From: Flectonema sp. DT1601
Taxonomy: Eukaryota
Length of the DNA stretch: 64,000 bases
Direction of reading: 5' to 3'
Assembly: GCA_964019425.1 (NCBI GenBank)
Contig: OZ025791.1
Location: forward strand, 310,001-374,000
Numbering within the stretch: position 1 is the stretch's first letter; every line of letters begins with the position of its first letter. The position numbers and the translations under genes were made by a program. Shown here piece after piece: positions 49,646 to 60,465 of this stretch. The notes below the pieces were generated by a model. That model saw only the letters and a program-made list of their open reading frames with translations, did no database searches and was not told where the DNA came from.

Positions 49646-50771
49646 CTTTAAAATCGATTCGATTTTTTTCCTGTCGAGAGAGAGAGAGATTAATAACAAA
49701 ATAAAACAGATAACTTTTTCCCAACATAACCAAATCGTGTTGATGACTTCCAAAAGTCAAATTGTTATCATTTTATTTTTACTTGACGATAAGAATTGAA
49801 ATTATCTCTCGCTCAACGATAAGCAGTTCATCGACCAAACAGTACAACGGTACACTTTCTGGTATGAACTGGTCTCTTTCTTCAACAAGTTCTGGAGCGT
49901 AGAGCGTTGCTTTATTAATATGAAAAAATTAAAAAAAAAAAATAACACAAAAGGACGTCATGTTGGGCAGCGGTAAGAAACTGCCAACACACTCCTAAAT
50001 TTGAATCGTTTCTTGAACAGGGTTTTCAGATCTTGTTTTTGCTTGACAAGATTTAGGTAAGTAAAATAATATGAGTAAGGACACATTGCTATGATCTAAA
50101 CTACTGCAACGAATCTAAAAAAGGACCGTAATAGACATAGAAATACAATCCGAGTGAATGAAAAGAATGGTAAAGGACTGCTTCAAAACTTCTACAGTAC
50201 GGTATAGCTTTGATATGAATCAAGGAGTCACTCACATACAACTAACCGCCTAACACCCTCTTCAGGGTGTCGGCATCAAAGTCATCACAACAGAAGTCTA
50301 TCCACTCTTCGTCTTCTTCTTCTTCTTCTTTATTTTTTTATTCATTCTTTTGATTCATTGTTTTGTAATAATATTAATTCTTTTTTAAAATGTTTCTTTT
50401 TTTTTTTTTAATTCTTTTTTTTCCCCTTTTTCAAAATCTTTCTTTTCTTTTTATTCGTTCGACGATCCCCTCTCCAGGGGGGTGATGGTAATTTATTTGT
50501 TGGTTGTTAAGCACTGGTCTTTACCAATTAAGAACAGAAATCAGATCTAATCAAGCGCCAGCTTGTTCAATTGACGCCTTTTTCAAAAAAGAAAAAACTC
50601 AAATAAAAATAAACAGGCACCACGCCGTGATTACCGCGTGGGTCCCCGTTCCAAGAAAGACGTACAATGTACGTAATGAGAAGCAAACGTCCTTGTTTTG
50701 CTACCAGGGCAGTACGCAGAGTTAAATTCTACGAAACTCGATACAATTACGTCATTCGCCGTCAGTCAGAA

Positions 50772-51737
50772 CTAGAAGGTTTCCTTTGCTACAACCTCAA
50801 GAATTACGGTATTAGTCATCGCTAAGAAACTGTAACCATAGCGAGAAGGAATAAGAAGCGACTGGTCTGTCTTGACAACGCACATCTTTCCATGGTTGCC
50901 ACTGCCACGAACTCTGTCAAGGGAACTATCATGCCACTCATAAACGTGAGTGTCGGACGTGTGGAATGCATGAGAAGGTCGGAATACAATAACTCTAAGA
51001 GAACCACTCAGAACTGTTAAGTAAAGAGTACTTTCAGTAATGGTCGGTGATCTACCAGACAGTGCAGGTATTATAGCAGCCTTCCACTTCTGATCAGGGT
51101 CAACAGGTAAGAAGTGTCCGGGTATATCACCATGAGTTGGTGGAACTGTGAACTCTGCCCAAGGAGCTTCGTACAAATCAGCAGGTTCAAAAACCCTCGA
51201 GAGATGAATGTGAGATTCCATAACCGTTTTATTGGTGTGGTGGTAGTGAAGAATCCAAGACCCGGAATTCATGATTGCCTGCTGAAGGGAGTTCCTTGAG
51301 GCGACCAATTCTCGGTGTCCCCAGAAAGCAGTGCCGACTTCGTTCATAACAACAGCAGTGCGACTGTTTTCCCAAAACCTTCTCACGAAATCTTCTCTTG
51401 ATGGTCTACTTTGTCTGTCAGGGTATAATGGCAGCTGGCAAAGTCCTTTGGCAAGAGCTGGATCGTTTGCGAGATCTCCTCCCTGTTGAAGTAGCCTCTC
51501 GTCAGTCAACCAGTCGGGTACGTGATCCTTTGCCAACTGACTTCTCGCATATCGATACAATCTTCCCCAAAATACGATCAATCCAACAATAAAGAATACT
51601 ATAAACATGCATAGGCAAGGTCCGATTCTTCCTCCTCTCTTTCTCTTCTTCGATTTTGAAAACGGTTCATCTGGAATGCTATCTTCGATGAAGGTCGGCT
51701 CATGGATACCTCCCTTGCGATGTTTCAATGTATCCAT
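50772..51737 (-). CDS. Single-pass (type II) membrane protein with a degenerate cupin/JmjC-like C-terminal domain
   Basis: Basic stretch, then TM segment CLCMFIVFFIVGLIVFW. The C-terminal pattern LYLTVLSGSLRVIVFRP...CVVKTDQSLLIPSRYGYSF resembles the JmjC/cupin beta-helix. No clear metal-ligand motif. Confidence 0.6.
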   Translation of the reverse strand: MDTLKHRKGGIHEPTFIEDSIPDEPFSKSKKRKRGGRIGPCLCMFIVFFIVGLIVFWGRLYRYARSQLAKDHVPDWLTDERLLQQGGDLANDPALAKGLCQLPLYPDRQSRPSREDFVRRFWENSRTAVVMNEVGTAFWGHRELVASRNSLQQAIMNSGSWILHYHHTNKTVMESHIHLSRVFEPADLYEAPWAEFTVPPTHGDIPGHFLPVDPDQKWKAAIIPALSGRSPTITESTLYLTVLSGSLRVIVFRPSHAFHTSDTHVYEWHDSSLDRVRGSGNHGKMCVVKTDQSLLIPSRYGYSFLAMTNTVILEVVAKETF

Positions 51738-52254
51738 GTTAGTATATCCTTCTGTTGAATGTAATTGGGTGTTTTATCGAGAAGTCTTTACGCATCCATT
51801 ACGCCGACACCTGGAATATGAAAGGAAATATCTAACACTACCAATGAGTGTAATATTATTTATTGTTATAATCTTATTAAGTGAACTACCTAATTCTATA
51901 CTAACTTTAGTGACTATGGTTGGAAACAGTCGATGGGTGTTCTTCCATTGTTATGACGTCACTCCTTCAGTTCCAAAAAGTTTTTTTTTTTTTTTAAAAA
52001 ATATAAACCGAGGGTCTCTAACTCTAAATAGCGCTCTTTAAAAGAGAAGGTCTTTCCTTGAACATTTCGCCTAATGGTTGCTCGCTACTTTTTTCTGGGG
52101 AAAAACAGCAGTTTTAAAATTTTAAATAACTTGTTGGCGATATTGAAAACGGAATAAAAAAGAAAAGAGCAAGAACCAGGCAAAGGCAAGAAGGACCTGG
52201 CACGCCTTGAAGACACTGACTAAGGGTTTCTTTCAGTTAGCACGTGAAGCACTC

Positions 52255-53311
52255 TCATAGGTTGTGTACGTTTACAACTGCACGTTGCAGTCCTTCAGAT
52301 TCGATGGTTGCGGAGTGGTTAGTGAGATCCTGTTGTTGTTTTATTAAAAACAGCTTTGTAGTTAAGTTTAAATAGAAATACTCAAATAAATAATACCTTT
52401 CTCGGGAATGATGTCATTAATTTAAAAGGAGGCTGACCAGGTCTGCTGTGGTGGACAAAGCTTGCAAGGTCAGCAATAGTGTGGGTAAGGTTCAACCTAG
52501 CAGTCATCTTTGTGCCATCAGGCAAACACACTTGAATAGAAGTTGACGGTTTGGAGTCATCAAGTGACGGGAGCTTTCCTAAAACCGGCTGCTGAGCTGG
52601 AGTAGGAGGCCCAGAACTGGACGAGCTGGCCATCGAACGACCTGCTCCCGTAAATGCTTGAAATGTTTGCTTAGGTACTTCGTACTCTTTAGCACTGTTG
52701 TCTACAAGTGTGAATACGACTTCAGGTATTTTACCTGGATAGTCTTTCTTTAGTTTAGCTACGATTTCTGGAGGAACATTTCCAGTCTTTAAATTATCAA
52801 GAAATTGTTTGTTCTCAGGTTCTTCAGAATTGCGTACTGGACCATCATCTACAGAAAACCCATTAGACCAGATTGTAATCTTTACCTGAACGTCTTCAAC
52901 TGCTGTTGATGGAGCTGATGGTGTTGGGGCATCAGTTGATCCGAGACGTCTACCGCCACCCCAATTCTTTTCTTTTGCAGCAGCTTCTTCAGGAGTGATG
53001 GCTCCAAGAGCTTTTGCAGCATCCATCAGATCTTTTGACTTAGCACTGTTGTCTCCCATCATTACAGCCTGCCCACCACCAACATACATGTCATTAGCTT
53101 TATCGTCATCTTTCTTTTCCGTTGGTGGACAAGGTTTCGGGGCAGGCTTAGCGGCAGCCGACGGCATTGGTGCCCCACCCTCAAGATGTAAATTCAAAGC
53201 AACTTCGATGTTGTTGCCACATGCTTCGATGATATATTTCGCCTGATCCATGTTCAGCCCCGTCATACTCATAAAATTCTGCACCTGTTCGTCAGTTGCA
53301 TTTTCCGACAT
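52255..53311 (-). CDS. NSFL1C: p47/NSFL1C (Shp1) p97 cofactor, UBA-SEP-UBX; intron 52330-52396 (67 nt)
   Basis: UBA-like N-terminus, MYVGGG, GGGRRLG, SEP (ITIWSNGFSVDDGP), SHP box FQAFTGAGRSM and UBX (SIQVCLPDG...TSFPRK). A GTATTA...AACAACAG intron completes UBX: DLTNHSATIESEGLQRAVVNVHNL*. Confidence 0.92.
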
Positions 53312-55714
53312 CTTTTTTTGTTTCTTTTTTGTGGTATCTTTCGTGGGGGTAAAGATGCAAGAAATTATTTCCACTACATGAAAGACTTATTAAGTTAAGT
53401 ATCAATACTTCCTACTTCTACATAAATGTGAAGAGAGTGAAATAATATGAATAACTTCAGCTACTCGGAAATAGTTGAATCCAATGTGTCATTTCATAAC
53501 TAATACGGGGGTGGTGAGTGAGTGAGTGAGAGTCGGGTACGAATTATATTTGCATATGGGTATTTCCTTCCTGTTCAACAGCAAACCAACTCTGCAAGGA
53601 GGTGCTCAACGGGGGCAAGTCGCAAAACGGAGCAGTAGCCGCAGAGAGGAGAGAATAATATTTCCTGCGTAAGGTAAGAGGGCCGTTTCTCCAAGGGAAA
53701 GGGGAATAAGAAAAAAAAAAAGAAGAAAAAGACTACTATTCATCATACGGTGCATTATTTCCGATTAACATTTTAACAAAATAAATTCAACCCTCAATTC
53801 ACCAAATGATTACAACTGCTTATGTTTAGCATGTGAGCAAAGAAGAACTAAATAAAATGCTTCCGCATATACGATGTACTTGCGTCCCCTTTTGGCACTT
53901 ATTTTAGAAAAGTCGAGAAACAATAATAACAAAAAAGTAACCACCTTGCGAAGAATGGAGGCGGTATTAGAGAGGAAACAATAACGAGGAGAAAGACGAG
54001 TCGTAAGGCGTTTTGTTGATCGCCTGTCAACAAATGATCTTTCTACGTGATGTTCGCTACCAGTTGGCAGCTATCAATTTGGTTTTGTTTCCAGTTGCGT
54101 GCTCAGCAAAATAAAAGAAATGTGGAGGGTAAGGGCGATAATGCTACTACGTTGTTGATTTCGTGTATTGTCACTTCGATATGAAACTTGCGTGTCTACA
54201 GAGAACAGATTTCAAACTGACAGCGAACTCCAGCACTGATAGGTCAGTTCAAGAGCGAAACCAACTGAACTAACTAAGGACACACTTTGCTGAATTTCTT
54301 ATTTTGTCTTACCCAAGAAGACATAAAGACAAACCTGTTGAGAGAAACAACGTAGCGGACGAATTGTGTCTCAGCTTTGACTTTTATTATGCTGTCAACT
54401 CACTTTAGCATTCGTAACTTTGAAAACAATGAAAACCCTAAAAAGAAATTCAATTCTCAGAATAGGATGGGATGAAACTTTAACAATGTAAAAACAGTAA
54501 CCATCAGAATGGGATGGGAGGGGAGCAGAGTAGGAACAAACCAATAAATACTAACCAAATATGTGGGAAAGGAGAAGGGAGGGAAGGTGACTGAATAAGC
54601 CCGCCGTGAATCATAACTTAAACTCACAAACACTTTTTGCACTAGAATGCCGATTGGTACTCGTGTCCTCAAACACTCTCACACATCAGAGTTTGCTGCC
54701 AAAAGTGGTTTGAACAACTCCGTGACAGAGTAAGTAGTAAATAAAACTAATATCACAAATAGACACTATAACTCAAATAGAGTTTTAGTAAGGATACCAA
54801 ATATCTTACGAGTTGAATGGGCGACACTATACCGCAAGTAGGTAATCACCATTCTACTCTTCACTATGCTTCACTATGCGCTACTAAATTCCAGGTCTGT
54901 CGGTGGGCAATTGAAATCGTGTCACAGATGCGACCCAATTTTTTTTGATGGATTTTTTTTTTTTTTTTTTAAAATAAAATAAAAATAAAAAATAGTTTAA
55001 TACTTTATATATAATTTTATTATGGAAAGTGAACGAATGCTATCACAGCACTTTTCTACTAACGTTCTCAAAAGATATCATTCACTACTTAATAGGTTAT
55101 CGAAGGTCAAGAAGCTATGCAGCAGTACCGAAGAATAACACGACTAAAAATTAGAAAGGAAACACGCTAATGTTTACTACCAGTTAATTCGTACACGAAA
55201 TGTACGAATGTTTTCTACAGTTATGTATCCCTCAGAGGGGAAAGGGGAATGAAGGGAAACAAAAGAGAAAAAGAATGTTGTTTTTCGGAAGACAATCTCA
55301 ATTTAACAGACAACTGTCCGCATCATAATAATAAAAAAAAGATTCGTGCCTTTTCTTAAAAACGAATTCCCTGATTCACACCAACTATAACAACGAATCA
55401 AGTAGACGGGTTAAATTGGAAAAGGTGACCCACTACATTCTGATTCGCAGTAATTAGAATCAATTCGCATAGCACGTAGTAACGCCTTGATGATTTCTCG
55501 ATGTGATCACCGTCAATCATCGTGGTAGTGTAGTCCAGAAGGAACTGGGAAATAAAAGCGAAGAAAATAAAAGAAATCGAAATACCGCATCTCATACGGG
55601 AAACTGATGTCTTATTATATTGAGGGTAAGCGAGACCGGTCTATCGGATGCAGCAGGTCAGAGGCTTTCCTCTCACGTGGCTTTCAAGGATTAGACTGTT
55701 AATGCGATTGAAAG

Positions 55715-56835
55715 TTACTCTCCGCTAACTAGAGGTTGTTCTTGATGAGCGGTATCTTCTGCAGGAACAGATTTCATGGAATCTTCTTTTTGTGGTTGAT
55801 CCTGCACTGGTTCCTTAACTACTTCAGTATTCTCTTCTACCTGTCCCGGTGCTGTAGCCGGTGCTGTAGTTTCTGGTGCCTTAGGTTGCTGTTGCTGTTG
55901 CGGTTGCGATTGAGGCTGAGCTGCTGGCTGCGCAGCTGGCTGAGCTGCCGGTTGCCGTGTTTGCTGTGGCGGTATTGCTGCATGTTGCTCACCAGATGTT
56001 GCCACGTCTCGTTTAGATGCCATCACTACTCCACATCGGTCATCAGTCGCTACACTTTCAGCATTCGACTCGTTTTGCATTTCTGATGCGCGCAATGTTG
56101 TTGTTTCCGTTTTTTCTCCTTCCTCGTCATGCTGTTTTATTGTTTTAGAACTCATAGCTGTGACCAGTAAAAAATAATTTGTGAGTAAATCTTGAACGAC
56201 ATACCGAAGGTGCGCCTTCTGCATCTCCAATTGGTCGTGAGTCACCACGCCTGCTGCCTACAGTCCTGGTTGTTGAGAGGGCGATGCTGTTTGTTATTTA
56301 ATTTTCTCTTTGTTGCTCGCTTTAAATTGAAAACTAAAGAACTAATCACATACAGGTCAATACCTGATCCACGAGTCCGGTATGATCGAGACTCAGATCC
56401 GTCAGCTCCTGATGATTGAGAAGAGCGAGCCTGATGCCAACTTGTTTGACTTACATCATCAGAAGGATGTGATTGAGGAGTTTGAGGAATAGGTGGGTAC
56501 GATGAAAAGTATTGTCTGTACTGTTCTACAGTCGTAACCCAAATTTCTATTTTATTGAAGTGATTATCTCCTTCATCAGTATTCGCTGAAGGAGGCATAT
56601 CATGTATAGCTGTCGATTCAGATCTGTTTAAATTTCTATCACTACCACTCCGCCTTCTGCTACCAAGTGGGTTCCGACATTCCTTACTGGATTCCTGAAC
56701 GATTTCCTGTTTTATGTTTTTTTTTCTTCTTTTTTTCTTTCTTTCTTACTTACCTATAACACTTTGATACTAAATGCATACTTCTTTATTCACATATTCA
56801 CCTTCCCCTTTTACTTTTGTAGAAACGCATCCCAT
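55715..56835 (-). CDS. Four-exon low-complexity protein with N-terminal MGC dual-acylation motif; introns 56707-56781, 56287-56353, 56132-56204
   Basis: MGCVSTKVKGEGEYVNKE|EIVQESSK...GSGID|LIALST...EGAPS|HDEEGEK...VSGE*. Three GTATG...AACAG introns (75, 67, 73 nt) join the separate track ORFs in frame. Confidence 0.7.
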
Positions 56836-57423
56836 TAAAAACTCCTATCTCATTGGTCAGCAACAAGTAGTTGTTGCTGCTTTGATTTTGATCAGGGGAG
56901 GGATGCTTGGCTGAGAGAATTACAATTTAGTTTAGTTTAGTTCCACAATTGAATAAAAGAATACTTTAAGAGTACATAAAAAGCCTCCTTCTGATCCTAC
57001 CAAAGTACCTGACGAAATTAAAAAAAATATAACAATAACAAAAAATACTTCACAAAGATAAAATCAAAAGAAATAGGCACACCGCAAGTCTACAGGCAAA
57101 ACAGGTAGTGAACAAAAAAGAAAACATTAATAGGCCTCACCAAAGCAAAAATAATATAAAAAAAAACAAGCACGAATTCCACCCTCCAAGTGGTGCGACT
57201 TCGAAGCAAATGGGCGAATCTCATATTACACATGACAAGGAGTACACGAGACTAATTAAAAATACGGATCCTCAACTCAAACACAACAGGAGCAACTGCT
57301 TTTCGAATCGAAAGACTGCTTCCCTTCATAAAAACAGAACAGCTTTCCAACTGTCCGCTTGAGTAAATCAAAGGAAATAATTATTTTTCAAAGAGTGAAC
57401 GTCCCGTGTATTTAAGTATTCAA

Positions 57424-57460
57424 CGCGCTGTGGGTCCGCGCTGTGGGTCCGCGCTGTGGG
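57424..57460. repeat. Short GC-rich tandem repeat, 13-nt unit CGCGCTGTGGGTC x ~2.8
   Basis: Directly visible, about 130 nt downstream of the BAR-gene stop. Confidence 0.9.
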
Positions 57461-57592
57461 ACAAAGTATCTTCTGGAGCTAGCTCAAGAGAAAATCCCAA
57501 CCTCAACAAGTCATTATCAAAATTTAAGAATCATGTTCCTCAGAGCTGTAGTTGCAGGTCTGCTCGGATCTCTTTCTTACTAACTTGATAGA

Positions 57593-58717
57593 CTACCACT
57601 GTTGTTCTAGAAAACCATCACCACCATCTGCCACTACGGGAGAATCAAAAGCTGGGGGAGCAGGAGGGCTAGGTTGCGAGAGTTGGTTTTCGGAAGGTGA
57701 AGATTTAGGTTTCTCCAAAGGCTTAGGGGGAGCGGCCTGAACTGGCGTAGGTTGAACAGAATTTTCTGCCTGCGGTGGTTCTTTTGTGATTGACTGTACT
57801 TCAGATTCCTTCTTTAGAGCTGCCGGAGCTACTGCTGGGGGGTCAGCAGGTTTCGAAGGGGACGGTGCAACCACTTCTGATACAGAAGCTACAACTGGTA
57901 GCGGATCAGCTACAGCTTGCTTAACAGGGTCAGTTAGCTTCACAGGGTCAGCTTTTACTTGTTCAAAAGTAACCTGCTCAACAGGATCAGCATGTTGTGA
58001 TTTCTTAGAAGATGGTGACAACGTTAGATTATGAAGTCTATTAAACTTATCATGAAGTCTACCAAAGTAGTTGGCAGTACTTCTCAGGTATGCTTGTTGA
58101 TAGTTAGCTAACACGGTGTCTCTTTTTTTAACTGCCGCAGTGAGGAGTTCCTTTGCTTCAGAGTTTGTTTTGTCGAATTCTTTCTTAACCTCTTCCTCTT
58201 TTCGTTTTTTCTTTTGGAATGACTCAGATTCCGATTGTTCGCGACCCTTCTTTTCGAGTTCAGCGAGTTTAGCACTCGTGTCATTTCGGTGATAGTCGTA
58301 GGTGTCGAGCTTCTTTTTCCGCGTCTCGTGCAGTGCGTCACCAGTTTTTAAAGCAGCTTCATACTGCGTGAGAATGGCAGTACAATCATCCACTAACGTC
58401 TTTTGGTAGTCAACAAATATTTTTTGATCAAAGTCAGTAACGGCTTCCCCAAGTTGTTCCGTAAGAGACACCAAGTGAGCATTAAGTGGGTGATCTCCTT
58501 GTGTTTCTGCGCAGTTTTCTAATTGTTTTTGCATCGCCTTTGTTGCAACTCCCCATGCCTTGTTTCCTTCTATTGAGCTATTTAGTACCTTTTTACTTTC
58601 TTTACACATTTCCAACATTCCTTTCATAGTTATTCTAAGTGAGCTGTATTCCTCATCTTGTGTTACTTCATTGACACCTATCTTTGCGTGGACTCTTTGG
58701 GAAACTCTATTAAACAT
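57593..58717 (-). CDS. BAR-domain-like coiled-coil protein with Pro/Ala-rich disordered tail
   Basis: Amphipathic N-terminus, then T.DEEY and RKKKLDTYDYHR (BAR-type R..K.LDYD) in a ~230-aa helical region, followed by a Pro-rich C-terminus. Confidence 0.72.
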   Translation of the reverse strand: MFNRVSQRVHAKIGVNEVTQDEEYSSLRITMKGMLEMCKESKKVLNSSIEGNKAWGVATKAMQKQLENCAETQGDHPLNAHLVSLTEQLGEAVTDFDQKIFVDYQKTLVDDCTAILTQYEAALKTGDALHETRKKKLDTYDYHRNDTSAKLAELEKKGREQSESESFQKKKRKEEEVKKEFDKTNSEAKELLTAAVKKRDTVLANYQQAYLRSTANYFGRLHDKFNRLHNLTLSPSSKKSQHADPVEQVTFEQVKADPVKLTDPVKQAVADPLPVVASVSEVVAPSPSKPADPPAVAPAALKKESEVQSITKEPPQAENSVQPTPVQAAPPKPLEKPKSSPSENQLSQPSPPAPPAFDSPVVADGGDGFLEQQW

Positions 58718-59000
58718 GTTGTCGATTAGCTGGTTGATAATAATAATTTAGGACTGTTGTGACTCAAGAGCAATACAGGATCTCAAATAAATAACTGAGG
58801 GCACCTTTTGAAGAAGGGAATGACAGAGTGGGTTAGGAACTGATAAAGAAAAAAAAGTACCATAGTCTAAACCTATCACGAAGGAGAAGTGGATTGTTAT
58901 ACTCTACTTGTTTAAAAAAAAAGGGTGTCTTGCTGAGTTAGACATTGCAAAACAGGGGAAAGCCAAGCTAAAGTAGAAACTAATATTAACAATCAATTCA

Positions 59001-59027
59001 CTCTTCAGTCCGTGTTTCAAGACGGGT
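59001..59027 (-). other. Isolated fragment of large-subunit (28S) rRNA sequence, not an rRNA gene
   Basis: Minus strand ACCCGTCTTGAAACACGGAC (59027-59008) matches the conserved eukaryotic LSU segment at the end of D2 (LR3/NL4 primer site). It continues TGAAGAG where the consensus has CAAGGAG. Confidence 0.7.
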
Positions 59028-59092
59028 AGTGCAAGATCGCTACGTCTGGTGCGCGCATGGCACTGCATTAATACAACACGATATTTGGATAC

Positions 59093-60148
59093 TTAACGAT
59101 TAATCACTGCAGAACATTCAAAGAGAGCGCTATTACTTGGAGGCAGCTGAACATTTTCAAGTGCGTCACAATTATGGAGGAAAAAGTTTTCGATTTTAGT
59201 CAGGCTGTTAAAACCTGAAATGTCAAGCGCAGTTATCGATGAGCAGTCAGACACGAAATAATCACCAATAGTGGTGACACCAGTAAGATATGAAAGGTCA
59301 ACAGCAGTGATTGATGTGCACTTATACAAGAAAGATTCTCCAATAGTAGTGACACCAGTAAGACCTGAAAGGTCAAGCGCACTGAGTGAGAAACACTCAC
59401 ATAAGAAATAACTTCCAATGGTGGAAACACGAGTAAAACCTGAAAAGTCAAGAGCAGTGACTGACGTGCAACCCTGCATGAAACCTTCTCCAATTGTTGA
59501 GACACAACTAAAACCCGCCAAGTCAAGAGCAATGATTGATGAACAGTAGTGCATGCAAAAATCCCCAATAGTGGTGACACTACTAAAATCTGAAACGTCA
59601 AGCGCAGTGATCGATGTGCACTCATTCAAGAAAAAATCATATATGGTTGTGACACTTGTAAGATCAGAAAGATCAAGAGCAGTGATTGATGAACACTCTG
59701 ATATGAAACAGTCTGAAATGGTTGTAATGTCAGAATTTGAATTGCGGAAAGAAATCCGTTTGGCTTCTGAAGGCAGCCAATAAGCATCGAAACTGAGGCA
59801 GCCATCCTCCGAGAATGTAAGGGTGTCTAAATATAAATCCTCTGTACTGTGGTCTCTGATCCAAAGAAGCAGTTTCTCATATTTTGTAGCATCAATTAAC
59901 GAGTATTTACTGAACAACCTAAACCGCTTCTTCCACATTTCAAACTCGCTATCTGCACCCACTCCATAATTTAGTAGCCGTCTTGTTTCGCAAAGAATCT
60001 CACCCTCGAAAGACAGTTCAACTTCCTCCGTATCAATATCCCACTCTCCAGCTGCCTCCGTCAACACGTCGCTCACAACAGAATCAACGCCAACTGTGAC
60101 TGACACTGAGGGGAGTCTCAATTCCGGATGTGTCACAAAAACTTGCAT
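59093..60148 (-). CDS. Ubiquitin-like domain + leucine-rich-repeat protein (seven 25-aa Cys-containing LRRs, BspA/LRR_5-like), intronless
   Basis: N-terminus MQVFVTH...VSDV...ELSFEGEIL...LLNYGV is Ubl-like. The repeat unit is S[IV]TALD[LF]SG[LF]TxVTTIGxxFLxxC. ATG 60146-60148 follows a pyrimidine-rich TTTACAG. Confidence 0.82.
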   Translation of the reverse strand: MQVFVTHPELRLPSVSVTVGVDSVVSDVLTEAAGEWDIDTEEVELSFEGEILCETRRLLNYGVGADSEFEMWKKRFRLFSKYSLIDATKYEKLLLWIRDHSTEDLYLDTLTFSEDGCLSFDAYWLPSEAKRISFRNSNSDITTISDCFISECSSITALDLSDLTSVTTIYDFFLNECTSITALDVSDFSSVTTIGDFCMHYCSSIIALDLAGFSCVSTIGEGFMQGCTSVTALDFSGFTRVSTIGSYFLCECFSLSALDLSGLTGVTTIGESFLYKCTSITAVDLSYLTGVTTIGDYFVSDCSSITALDISGFNSLTKIENFFLHNCDALENVQLPPSNSALFECSAVINR

Positions 60149-60465
60149 TCGTTTTGCCACAGATCCTGTAAAGAAGAAATGGGAATGCGCATCCCTGTCA
60201 CAGAAGGAATAAATAGCATCATCTTCAGTGTCGTAATTGTAGTTCAAAAAGTATTCTCCACGTTGTGTGGAGTAGCTGGCTGTTAATAATAAATCATCTG
60301 AACTGTCTTAACCATTCTATTATATTAATCACCTGATAAAATGAATAATAACAATAACACATTTTAATGAATTGCGCAATACAATGAGACACTTAGACGC
60401 GATAAGTAAGAGAAAAATGAAACACGAAGGGAAAAAAAATGTCTCTTTTTGTCTCGCATGACCCC

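Noticed and set aside
57424..57460. Short direct repeats as a CRISPR array
   Set aside because: No spacers, 13-nt unit, eukaryotic context; a simple minisatellite.
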